A stretch of DNA of 64,000 nt from an uncultured Verrucomicrobiae bacterium (GTDB taxonomy: Bacteria > Verrucomicrobiota > Verrucomicrobiia > Palsa-1439), in NCBI GenBank assembly GCA_963836315.1, contig CAWIJG010000002.1, forward strand, positions 1,042,461-1,106,460. Reading direction: 5' to 3'. Made by a program: the position numbers and the translations under genes. Below are positions 54,730-64,000 of this stretch, in pieces. The notes under the pieces are model-generated. The model saw only the letters and a list, made by a program, of their open reading frames with translations, was not told the origin of the DNA and did not search any database. Within the stretch, counting starts at the first letter, position 1, and each line of letters begins with the position of its first letter.

Positions 54730-56046
54730 ATGAGAGCACAGAAACGCGGGAAAAAGGGCGAGGTTCACGTTTACCAGCCGTCAGGCTCGGCCTCGTTCTG
54801 GGTGCGCTACACCGTCAACGGCAAGCGGCAGCGGCAGAACACCGGGAAGGCAACCGAGGCTGAGGCGCGCATCTTCGCCGCGCAAGTGGGCCGCATGGTG
54901 GGGCTGGCTTCCAGTGACAACCTCGACGAAAAGCGCCGCCTCTTGGAGATCGCCCGCGAACTTCTCCGCGAACTTCCCGAACTCGAAACCGAAGCCGCGC
55001 ACCTCACGGCGACAAAGAACTTGCCCACGGTGCGGGAATGGTTCACCCGCGAACTCGACGCCATGCGCCATAACACCAGCGGTGATGATCGGGAATTGAA
55101 AGCCGTCAGCATCGCCCGCGTGGGCCAAGTGGTGGAAGACTTCATCGCCCACCTTGCGGCGCAACAGGTCAACCTGGCCGACGCGCCGCTCAACCGTATC
55201 GGGCCGGATGACGTGAAGGGCTTTCTGTCTGACTACAAGGGCAAGGGCTACAGCGGGAAATCCCGCCTCTTTGCCCGTGATCGTATCCGCGCCATGCTGG
55301 GCCACGCCGTGGACAAGGGCTTGTTGCCGGTGAATCCCGCCAGCATCAAACAGGTGGGCCGCCTCAAATTCGACACCGCCAGCATCCGCCAGCCGTTCAA
55401 CGGCGCGCAACTCGCCGCCGTGATCGCCGCCGCCGCGAACTCCCCGGAGAAGTGGGTTTACCTCACGGCCATGCTCGCCCTCTACACGGGCCAGCGGGCC
55501 GGTGACGTTTGCGCCATGCGGTGGGAAGACGTGAAAGACTTCGACGGTCCGCTGCCGACAATTCACCTTGTCCAACAGAAGACGGGCAACGCCCTTGTGA
55601 TACCGATTGCCGAACCGCTACGCCGCGCCCTTAAAGCGATTCCGAAGGCCGAGCGCACCGGCTACATCATCGGCCAGAAGATCGGGGAAGCCTACGCACA
55701 AGGTCGCCGCCGCAACTTTATTCGGGGCTGGCGCGAATTGCTGAATGGCCTCGACTTGGCCGGCATGGTGGACGTGCCGACGCTTGCCAAAGTGGACGGC
55801 AACGGCACACATGGCCGCACCCGCTACGCATGGAGCTTCCACAGTTTCCGCCACACCACGGCCACGCACTTGAGCGGCCCGGACGCGCACTATCTACTCG
55901 GCCATCGGAGCGCCGACGAAAAGCGGCTCGGCATCACCGCGCAATACCGGCACGAAGACTTGCGCCGCCTCAAAAAGCAACTCGACGAAATCTCCCACAC
56001 CGCGCCCCCCAACGTGGTGCAACTGCAAGCTGCTGTCACTGCGTGA
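54730..56046 (+). CDS. tyrosine integrase
   Basis: N-terminal arm-binding FWVRYTVNGKR; TGQRAGD, QQKTG, HSFRH, LGH and AQY catalytic residues. Confidence 0.92.
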   Translation: MRAQKRGKKGEVHVYQPSGSASFWVRYTVNGKRQRQNTGKATEAEARIFAAQVGRMVGLASSDNLDEKRRLLEIARELLRELPELETEAAHLTATKNLPTVREWFTRELDAMRHNTSGDDRELKAVSIARVGQVVEDFIAHLAAQQVNLADAPLNRIGPDDVKGFLSDYKGKGYSGKSRLFARDRIRAMLGHAVDKGLLPVNPASIKQVGRLKFDTASIRQPFNGAQLAAVIAAAANSPEKWVYLTAMLALYTGQRAGDVCAMRWEDVKDFDGPLPTIHLVQQKTGNALVIPIAEPLRRALKAIPKAERTGYIIGQKIGEAYAQGRRRNFIRGWRELLNGLDLAGMVDVPTLAKVDGNGTHGRTRYAWSFHSFRHTTATHLSGPDAHYLLGHRSADEKRLGITAQYRHEDLRRLKKQLDEISHTAPPNVVQLQAAVTA

Positions 56047-56055
56047 AGGGCAAAT

Positions 56056-56633
56056 ATGAAGACGAAGAGTGAAGAAAGCCCAGCGTATGTCATGAAGAGG
56101 AACGGCAGAGGCGTTGAGGGTTGGAACAGACAGGGTTGGGAATTCAAAGTTTATCGCCTTGGCACAACGCGCAGGGATTCCCCGAAAACCAACCCAGCAG
56201 TTCGACTTCTGGGATGCACATGCAGGTTTCATTTTCGCACCCGATGGTGCGGTGGAGGAAGTGAGGAAAAATGCGAAGAACGACAACCCCCAACTCAAGG
56301 TTTTCCCGAAAGTCTTGGCAAAAAAGGATACAAAGCAACGTCTCCAACTCCTCGACGGATTTGCCTATGGCATCCAGTGCTACGTAGAGTCCAGAAGACA
56401 AGGCACCGGGAAAGGATGTTCTGACAGAACGCCTGTCATCAAGGCAATATCGGATGGAATGAAGGAAGCTGGAGAGTTGCGTAGCGTTCGGGAGCTTCAC
56501 GAGTGGCTCACGCGGAAGCTCGGGGCAAATCGCGCGGGGAGCCTGAAGCGTGTCGAAGAAAATCGCCCAATATTTGGGAATCAGTTTCCGCCCACCAGGG
56601 CGGCCCCGAAAAATTCAGAAGCCGGTGCGCTGA
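56056..56633 (+). CDS. hypothetical element protein with C-terminal HTH-like / GRP motif (probably two frameshifts)
   Basis: SVRELHEWL...GSLKRVE, then in shifted frame KIAQYLGISFRPPGRPRK to TGA 56633. Confidence 0.45.
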
Positions 56634-56677
56634 GGCTGGGGAGGTTTTGCATTGCCGCTGGACATACAGTGGCAGTG

Positions 56678-56938
56678 ATGAAACCACACGAACTTTCGAC
56701 ACGTTCCGCGACGGGCGTACTGCCCACTGAACTGGAGATCATCCCTGCCGCTGTCATTCGGCAACGGATACCGGAAACCAACCTCTGGCGCTTGGAGAAA
56801 TCCGGCGAGCTTCCCGCGCTCCGCATTGGCCGTCGCCGGTTCTATCGCCTCAGTGATTGGCAGGCATTTCTCAATCGCGCCGCGAAAGCGCCGCCCGTGG
56901 CCGTGCCGTGGGGCAAGAAGCGAGAGGCCATCGCGTGA
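56678..56938 (+). CDS. excisionase/AlpA-like HTH protein, copy 1
   Basis: LWRLEKSGELPALRIGRRRFYRLSD wing motif. Confidence 0.78.
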   Translation: MKPHELSTRSATGVLPTELEIIPAAVIRQRIPETNLWRLEKSGELPALRIGRRRFYRLSDWQAFLNRAAKAPPVAVPWGKKREAIA

Positions 56939-57171
56939 ACGCCGAGACGGAAAAAAATTTTGCCGCGACATGTTCGGAGTCAACCCTGCTTACTCCGCAG
57001 GACATCGCGCGCCCGAACGCCGTTCACGCCAACACAGTCAAGCGCGTCGCGGACGAGTTGGGCATGGAGATCATCCGCACGCCAAATGGTTGCCGTTTGT
57101 TCACACCCGCACAGGCTCAGCGCATCGGGGATGAGATCAAGCGCCGACGACAGGAGGCGATGCGCCGATGA
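56935..57171 (+). CDS. MerR-like HTH protein
   Basis: LTPQDIA...HANTVKR...RTPNGCRLFT; 4-nt start/stop overlaps on both sides. Confidence 0.65.
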   Translation: MNAETEKNFAATCSESTLLTPQDIARPNAVHANTVKRVADELGMEIIRTPNGCRLFTPAQAQRIGDEIKRRRQEAMRR

Positions 57172-57905
57172 GCGGATTCACCAAACTGTTTTCAGACATC
57201 ATCCTGTCGAGCGTCTGGTCTGAGGATGACAAAACTAGAATCGTGTGGGTGACTTTGCTCGCCATCTCCAACGCCGACGGCTTCGTGAGCGGTTCGGTTC
57301 CCGGCCTTGCCGCCGCCGCTCGTGTCTCGGTAGCCGAGTGCGACACCGCCTTGCAGAAACTCGCCAGCCCTGACCCGCACTCCCGAACCAAAGACCACGA
57401 AGGCCGACGCATCGAAGCCGTTGACGGCGGCTGGCTGATTTTGAATTACCGGGCTTACCGTGACCGGGTGAGTGATGACCCGAACGCGGTTGCGGCTCGC
57501 GAACGTGTGCGCCGGGATCGGGAGCGGCAGAAGTCGCCCCTTCCCCCAGACCCCCATCCCGGAACTACAGAAGACATAAGACAGAAGCAGAAGCAGGGTA
57601 ACATTACGTTACGTTACAGGTAACGGCTTTGAGGAGTTCTGGAAGGCGTACCCTCGCAAAGTGGGGAAGGCAGAAGCGGAAAAGGCGTTCGCCAAATTGC
57701 CGTACCGGTGGCGACACTGCCGCTCATGCTCGCCGCTCTCAAGTGGCAATGCTCCACGCCGCAGTGGACGAAGGACAGCGGCCAGTTCATCCCGTACCCG
57801 TCAACGTACATCAACCTCCGCCGGTGGGAGGACCAGCTGCAGAAAGGCCATCGTGCCCTAACCGACGCTGACGATCAGCGCGGCTTCAGGAGTGCAACAC
57901 TATGA
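57168..57905 (+). CDS. phage-type replication initiator (frameshifts near 57615 and 57705)
   Basis: N-terminal wHTH FTKLFSDII.SSVW..D..TRIVW; C-terminal FEEFWKAYPRKVGK...IPYPSTYIN..RWED. Confidence 0.75.
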
Positions 57906-58264
57906 CTGAGCAAGAGACATCAACCACAACCGACATGACGGCAATGAACCAAGCACCAGTTTTACAGGAAAAAGCAGGCCACAAACCCGGCACGTTCGTT
58001 CCCGGCGACAAGCGCATCAATCGCAAGGGAAGGCCAAAGAGTTTTCGCCAACTCCGTGAGCGCGTCTTGGCGTTCCTAGCGGAACAAGACGATCGCGCCA
58101 GCGGCACACGGCTCGAAGCCATCTTGCGTCAACTCGCTGCTGACGACCCCAAAACGCTTTTGGAGTATGGCTTTGGCAAAGTGCCGTCAGGGGTCGAGAT
58201 GGCTGGCACGGACAGCGAGAAAATTCAGTTTGTCGTGAGGCTCAGGCCCGACGAGTTGCCGTAA
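57902..58264 (+). CDS. small-terminase-like protein (DUF5681-like)
   Basis: FVPGDKRINRKGRPK motif, LLEYGFGK, 120 aa, coupled to the rep gene. Confidence 0.55.
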   Translation: MTEQETSTTTDMTAMNQAPVLQEKAGHKPGTFVPGDKRINRKGRPKSFRQLRERVLAFLAEQDDRASGTRLEAILRQLAADDPKTLLEYGFGKVPSGVEMAGTDSEKIQFVVRLRPDELP

Positions 58265-58380
58265 GTGCGGAGAGTCAGAGCGGCACGCGTCGGCCATCCT
58301 GAGCAGCCCCTTGCCGATCCTGGAGCCTTGCCAGTGCACCCCACCCGGTGTTATCGTGCACGGCAACGAGAGGCGTCAGC

Positions 58381-59440
58381 ATGGACATCACCTTTGCGTG
58401 TGAATCTTGCGGGCAGCATATCGTGATTGACGAGGCGGGGAGTGGGCTGCAAGTGATATGCCCCACATGCGGACTTGGTATCACTGTTCCAAAACCTCGC
58501 CCGGTGGGTTGTCCGAACCTTCCACCTCCACCACGGCAGGTGCCCTCACATTCTTCTGCTGGCGAAGCCGACCTCCCGTCAGTAACACACCTCTTGGAAT
58601 CATTTATTCCCGGAGTGCCTTCTCGCTTCCGCTTGGACTTCATGGGGCGAAGTTCGGAATACGAGGTGTCTGCTGAGCAACCTATGGAAGCGTACCAGGA
58701 TGACGTGGAAGCGCTCAACTTTCATGGCTGGTTCAGGGACTCTTTGAGCGGTGACTACTCGGTTGCGTGGGGCACGCGGAACCCCACTGGGGGATACGAC
58801 ACCGAGTATTTGCTCTTACATCAAGGCAGTATCTTGGCGCAGGGAAAGCGCACAAGCATTCAGGATGCCGTCGTAGCGGACAACGGAACCTTCCTGATTC
58901 ACGATTGCGGCGCATCCCTACAGAATGGGTTACGCTCTTCGATATCGGTGGCAGGAAGCTGAAGCAGGTGAGGCCGCATTCTACCGGCCTACTGACGTTT
59001 GACGTGCGACAGCAGACTGCCGGGATGGAAATCCGTGCTTTCCGGGATGGTTGTCGTCTGTCCGGTTGAATAACCTTCAACCTGCTGGACGGGAATGTTG
59101 AAGTCTAAGACTAGCGAGCGAATACTGCCGGAGAAGCCGAGGAACGCGTACGAGTGTTTTGACCGAGCTACTGGGGAAATGGCTGGGAAGCAATCTCCGC
59201 TGAGGAAAGAAGTGGCTGAGCGTGTCTTATCGCTTGTGCAATCGCGCGTTTGAGTTCGGGTTTGCTGAGAAATACCACTACGCAATATCGCGGACACACT
59301 GGATGCGAGGGGAAGCATTGGAGTCACTGGGCCAAAAAGAAGAGGCTTTGCGCGAGTACGAGTTGGCAGTGCAGCAAGACCCGAAGGTCGGACTGAAGAA
59401 ACGAATCGCGTCCCTGCGGAAAGAGTGCGGGAAAGAATAG
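58381..59440 (+). CDS. Zn-ribbon / beta-rich / TPR cargo protein (multiple frameshifts)
   Basis: MDITFACESCGQHI...CPTC; VADNGTFLIHD; C-terminal RGEALESLGQKEEALREYELAVQQDPKVGLKKRI. Confidence 0.55.
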
Positions 59441-59572
59441 AGGCCGCCGCGCCGCCGCTAAGGTCATCGGCAGCACCGGCTCTCCGCGCACTAGCGGCCA
59501 TCCTCAGCGCAACCGTGGCCGCTATAGTCGACGCCTTGTCAGCACACCCTGCCAGGCGTTAGGATGGCATCT

Positions 59573-60330
59573 ATGAAAACCAACATCGCCCACGGGTTAA
59601 AAAAAATCCTGCCGCATCTGTTGCAGGCTCAACAAGACAACCTGAACGAAGACGGATACGCTGAAAGGTATCGTCAAGGTCTTCGAGGAAGTTCTCGGTT
59701 ATGACTCGTGGACAGAAATTTCCCGCGAGTTGAGAGGTGAAGAGTAAGTACGTTGATCTCGCAATCAAGATTGACGAGAACAATCAAATTCTTCGTCGAG
59801 GCGAAAGCCGCTGGCAAGAAGTTGCGCCAACGCCATGTTGAACAGGTTGAGCTATACGCAGCGCAGGGAAATATCCCGTGGCTCTTGGTGACAAACGGTG
59901 ATTGAGTGGAGATTATACCGCCTTACGATCAGACGGGAGAAAGCGGTTGATTTCGAGCTAAAAGTCTTTAAAAAAAATCCGTGACATCTCGCGGGAGAGA
60001 GAATCGAGGAATCTGCTGAGATGATGCTTTACTTCACCGCAATTCTGTGAAGGCTGGAGCGCATGAGAAATTTTGGGAACGCCAGTCGGCTTGAGCCGGC
60101 GACCATCGGAAAGGCGATTTTCAGGAGGATGCTTCTTAGTACATCGGAAAGAGATTTATAAGCGGCAAGAGATTTGATTGATATTGAAGAGTTGCTGGTG
60201 AAATCAACGCTTTGTTGAAACTGAAGCAAGGGAACTAATCGGGCCGCCAAAAGTTCACTACCACAAACATGCCGTGAAGGAAACCAAGGGTCAACCGTCC
60301 GACGCAGGCGACTCCACCGCTGCTTCGCAA
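59573..60330 (+). pseudogene. HsdR N-terminal (PD-(D/E)XK) nuclease-domain gene, heavily frameshifted; 3' end approximate
   Basis: Stitched reading ...QDNLNE.DT...FEEVLGYD...EISRE..VKSKYVDLAIKID...FFVEAKAAG..LR.RHVEQ...YAA...W..VTNG. Confidence 0.65.
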
Positions 60331-60477
60331 TCCTCTGACCAACCAAGTGCTTCTCCATAGTGAGCGGTAGCGGGCGATGGCCTGCTTGGGGCTGGGCGTA
60401 ACATGCGATACTACCATGAGGCCGAGTTTCTCCGGTTTGTGTCGGACGGACTGTTCGTGGAGAAGTGCCCGGCGGTT

Positions 60478-60738
60478 TCACTGCGCAGCGTGATTCTGTT
60501 TCGCCCACGGCACGGACAGCGGCCCGCGTTGCGCACAACGATTCAGGAACTTTTCCCAGTCGGAGAGACGGTAGTATCTCCGTCTGCCGATCCGCACAGC
60601 GGGTAACTCGCCGCTGCGTTCAAATCTCCAGAGGGAGGTTTCCGGCACGAACTGCCGCACCAGACGGGCAGGGACAAGCTGTAACTCGGGCGGCAGGACG
60701 ACGGCAACGTCTTTGCTGTGGTTGCTGGTCGTTTTCAC
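60478..60738 (-). CDS. excisionase/AlpA-like HTH protein, copy 2
   Basis: 86 aa; 47/86 identical without gaps (hand count) to 56678..56938. Confidence 0.78.
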   Translation of the reverse strand: MKTTSNHSKDVAVVLPPELQLVPARLVRQFVPETSLWRFERSGELPAVRIGRRRYYRLSDWEKFLNRCAQRGPLSVPWAKQNHAAQ

Positions 60739-61073
60739 GCGGTCTTGATCGTGACGATTATTTTCTGAATCACGGGGGTGAGACTAGCACACAAGAAACA
60801 GGAATTTCGGAGCCTGCGGAAGTCGAACGTTGCACGAAGCATCCCCACGTTTATCCGTTTAGCTGTGCTTGCGCAAAATTCCTGATTTTGTGGTTGACGT
60901 GTTTTTGCGACGATCCGCAGTTCTCTCCAACGGCAGTGAATTGCTCCAGCGTGAAGCCATAGAAACCCGCCCGCTGACGAAGCGAGCACGGTCACGGTGG
61001 AGTTGCGAAGCAGACGACCTTGACGGCGCGCAGCGAGTCGTACAATCGACGCGGCATTCACGCACCCCGACTG

Positions 61074-61142
61074 CACGATGAGGTGCTCTTGGAAATATCG
61101 CTGCACATCCGGTAAACTGTATTGTGTTTTCGCTGTAAACAT
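61074..61142 (-). pseudogene. MobF/TrwC relaxase N-terminal stub
   Basis: MFTAKTQYSLPDVQRYFQEHL resembles MobF N-termini from memory; truncated before the DYY catalytic tyrosines. Confidence 0.5.
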
Positions 61143-62421
61143 GTGCACGAGGTTACGCCGGCGCTGCAAGGTTGCGTTAGCTAGTAGTGGGCGCGTTGGT
61201 TCTGGATAGGCCGAAATTGTGCCCCGCACGATTTGGTTGGTTCGTTCTGGGTCTTGGATTTGCGCGCGTTCTTGGTTTGCCAGGGCTTGATCGTGACAAT
61301 CGGTCGCACGCGTCAGGGATTGCGGATCATCACGCAGCGTCGCGAGGATTCCCGTCGCGAAATACCTCGCGCCAGCGACGGGTGGACACCCCGGGCAACA
61401 GGCGCACCATGCAGCCGCACTTTCAACGCATTACGCTTGGGAGACCCGCAGGCGAGGCCCATCCTATGTGGATGGGTTACAGAGCGGACGCCTCACTCCT
61501 ACGCAAATGCGTAGGATTTCTGACCATGCACCGGCCACTATCCGTCAACGATGTGGAAAGGTGTTGAATGGCGTTGACCGATTCAACGCCGCTCAATCCG
61601 ATTCAACACGACTGCGCTACCCGCTGTCAACGCAACAGGGTGCGTGCCTCGCGCCTCGATTATATGGCTCGCTCGCGCCGTCAATGTAGTGCGCCCTGTT
61701 CTCCCCGCGCCTCCACGATTGACTGCGCTCGCTCCGCCAAGAGTCGGCGCTTAAGAGTCACGCTCGGTCTCTCATCGCCTGTTCTGGAGTGTATTCCGAC
61801 GTTTCACCGCTCATGCGGTGACCGATTGACTCGGCGACTGCCGGTCGAACCTGGCTGTCGGTGGCGAGCAGCGCCGGGCCACGCGCCTAGGCAGCGCGCA
61901 GCCACGGACAGCGACGTGGGATCGGTACGCCTTGGCAGCGCCGCAGACGCGGCGAGCGGGACGCGGCATGAAGCGTTCGCCGCGCCGGGTCTGCCGGCAT
62001 TCCACCGGCGAGTGAACGGCGATGATTCCAACGCGGCTGCGTTCAACGCGCCGGAGTCGCAGCCGGTCTGACCGTCAGTGCTCCGGCGGCCTTCAACTTC
62101 TCTGCCATCGGCGGTTCGACATTTCATCTGACAGCGTTTGGCGCGCCCTCCGACTTTCTGTCGAGCAGCCGATGCGCTCGGCTCCAAGCAGCTTCGCCAT
62201 CGCCCGGAGGCGGGGTAAGTGTCATGGTGACTTTTTCATACTTCCGCCGTAGCCAATCCGAAGCGCATTCGGCGTTTTGCGAGGCGGAAGCCAGCCCTTT
62301 CTCCGGCGACATCGCCGCCAAAGTACAGACCAACTTGGCCCTTCCGGTCGCCAGTGCGACGGCCTGCCGCATGTCTCAGGCGCAGTGAGCTTGCGACTCT
62401 GCGCCTGCGTCAACACACCGC

Positions 62422-62450
62422 TTGACGTTATATCAATTCTGACATATCTT
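62422..62450 (+). promoter_or_regulatory. TA promoter with operator
   Basis: TTGACG-N17-TATCTT enclosing the imperfect palindrome ATATCA-N4-TGACAT. Confidence 0.65.
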
Positions 62451-62462
62451 CTCCCATGAAAC

Positions 62463-62795
62463 ATGAACGGCAAACCGCTCCGCTGGATTCATGGCGAGGT
62501 GAAGACCCCGCCCATGAGCCGGGAAGCCCGACGAGAGATCGGTTTCCTGCTCCGGGAATTGCAGGACGGCGTCCGGCTCGCGATGCCGCAGTCCCGTCCG
62601 ATGCCGGTGATCGGGGCGCGCTGCCACGAGTTGCGAGTCAACGACGTGAACAAGACGTGGCGCGTGGTGTACCGGCTGGACGCCGACGCCATTGTGATTT
62701 TGGAAGTATTTGAGAAGAAGACGAACCAGACGCCGCCGGCCGTGATTGCCGCCTGCCGGCAACGGTTGAAGCGATACGAAGAGGCACAACCATGA
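62463..62795 (+). CDS. RelE/HigB-type toxin (Gp49-like)
   Basis: VKTPP, SRPMP.IG.RCHELR, WRVVYR, FEKKT. Confidence 0.88.
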   Translation: MNGKPLRWIHGEVKTPPMSREARREIGFLLRELQDGVRLAMPQSRPMPVIGARCHELRVNDVNKTWRVVYRLDADAIVILEVFEKKTNQTPPAVIAACRQRLKRYEEAQP

Positions 62796-63079
62796 AGAAA
62801 CTGAAGAACGGATGGGTGCAAGGCTCGGCACAAGAGTTTTTGGAGTTGTCCGACGCGGACATGGCGTACATCGAGACCAAGCGCGCCCTGGCCGCTTGTC
62901 TGCGCGAACAGCGGATGAAACGGCGCCTGACGCAAACGGAACTGGCCGCCCGGCTGGAAACCAGTCAGTCCCGCGTCGCCAAGATGGAGTCCGGCGATTC
63001 GACAGTCTCGATTGACCTGCTGCTGCAAGCCCTGTATCGCATCGGCACGAAGCGCCGCCAACTGGCCGCCCTGCTCTGA
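62792..63079 (+). CDS. HigA-type XRE antitoxin
   Basis: LTQTELAARLETSQSRVAKMESG; ATGA overlap with the toxin. Confidence 0.88.
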   Translation: MKKLKNGWVQGSAQEFLELSDADMAYIETKRALAACLREQRMKRRLTQTELAARLETSQSRVAKMESGDSTVSIDLLLQALYRIGTKRRQLAALL

Positions 63080-63456
63080 GTCTCGCGCCAGCGGCCAACG
63101 TCGAGCGATTGCCGGCCAATTCTGCGCGCCTCTCAAAGTTGGACTCGTATCGTTTCGTGAACCAAAGAGTCCAAAATCTCTTTGCCTTACTTTGCCCTAT
63201 CGCACCGAAAAGTGGTGAAAACTCACGAAAAGTCAAAACTGCCGACATGCACGAAACCCGCATGGATATTGGCTAAAATCGCTCTTGTAAGATCGGCTTT
63301 TGGAATGTCTAGGTTCGAGTCCTAGCGAGGCAGCCACTTTATCATCAAGGGATTATGAAGTTTCTCCGACACAGTTCCGTCAGACCAAACAGTGATCCCC
63401 CTGTCTTTACACAGAGGGATTTACTGTAACGGGAACGGATGGTGATATGTGGGAGA

Positions 63457-64000
63457 CTAGGCAACCCTTACGCTGACGGGATGATTGCGCATCGCGAGAT
63501 AGTAGATCACGGGCACGGCCATGCGGGATAGCAGCAGAGAGGCGATTTCGCCCGCCATCAAGGAAATGGCTAGGCCCTGGAAGATCGGGTCGAATAAAAT
63601 CACGCTTCCACCCACAACCACGGCCGCCGCGGTCAGCATCATCGGGCGAAACCGCACGGCACCGGCGTCGATCACCGCTTCGGTGAGCGGCATGCCTTCA
63701 CGCACACGCAATTCGATGAAGTCCACGAGAATGATCGAGTTGCGCACGACAATCCCCGCCCCGGCGATGAACCCGATCATCGAGGTCGCTGTGAAAAATG
63801 CGCCCATTGCCCAGTGTGCGGGCAGGATGCCAACCAACGAGAACGGAATTGCCGCCATGATGATAAACGGCGTCTTAAACGAGCGAAACCAGCCAACCAC
63901 CAGCACGTAAATCAGCACCAGCACCACCGCAAAGGCCGCGCCCAAGTCGCGGAACACTTCATAGGTGATGTGCCATTCGCCGTCCCACTTCATTGACAGG
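63457..64000 (-). CDS. RND efflux permease (AcrB/CusA family), 3' part
   Basis: [28 protein letters not shown]. Confidence 0.88.
   Translation of the reverse strand, partial: LSMKWDGEWHITYEVFRDLGAAFAVVLVLIYVLVVGWFRSFKTPFIIMAAIPFSLVGILPAHWAMGAFFTATSMIGFIAGAGIVVRNSIILVDFIELRVREGMPLTEAVIDAGAVRFRPMMLTAAAVVVGGSVILFDPIFQGLAISLMAGEIASLLLSRMAVPVIYYLAMRNHPVSVRVA

Larger units (their letters stand above)
54560..63336. mobile_element. tRNA-Gln-integrated element (phage-satellite-like island)
   Basis: Perfect 31-bp direct repeat TGTCTAGGTTCGAGTCCTAGCGAGGCAGCCA at 54560-54590 and 63306-63336; integrase adjacent to the tRNA. Confidence 0.92.

Noticed and set aside
61230-62400. ORFs in the island's right-hand spacer
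   Set aside because: Low-complexity Arg/Ala/Pro-rich translations with no recognisable motifs; probably decayed or non-coding, function not callable
63306-63336. Second tRNA gene
   Set aside because: Only the 3' 31 nt of tRNA-Gln are present, i.e. the att duplication
54560-63336. Complete prophage or ICE
   Set aside because: No structural, lysis, large terminase or T4SS genes between the att sites

Overview
GC-rich bacterial chromosome segment that includes the probable replication origin. The gene families and intergenic repeats suggest Verrucomicrobiota/PVC (inference). Most of the window is housekeeping: leuB, asd, rpmH-rnpA-yidD-yidC-jag, pyrD, carB, yebC-ruvC-ruvA-ruvB, glnB-glnA, dnaA-oriC-dnaN, tRNA-Leu(GAG) and tRNA-Gln(CTG). 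Several conserved genes carry single frameshifts (leuB, yidC, ada, a P1B-ATPase), which points to long-read indel errors, so pseudogene calls are provisional. Highlights: (1) a ~8.75 kb element integrated in tRNA-Gln right after dnaN, bounded by a perfect 31-bp att repeat. It encodes an integrase, Xis-like and MerR-like HTH proteins, a phage-type replication initiator and a small-terminase-like protein but no capsid, plus a second inverted Xis paralogue, a MobF relaxase stub with a candidate oriT, an HsdR_N nuclease relic and a HigBA toxin-antitoxin pair. It is a candidate phage satellite with conjugative-mobilisation ancestry. (2) carB is split into two ORFs 4.6 kb apart with two glycan-related genes between them, and the second half has its own promoter. 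(3) dnaA has a ~380-nt, highly base-paired 5' leader. (4) A PIN/coiled-coil/2TM orphan and a RAMA-like gene with a perfect 20-bp operator flank ada. (5) There are REP-like and MITE-like repeats with compensatory base changes. All product calls come from motif recognition by eye; no database searches were run.
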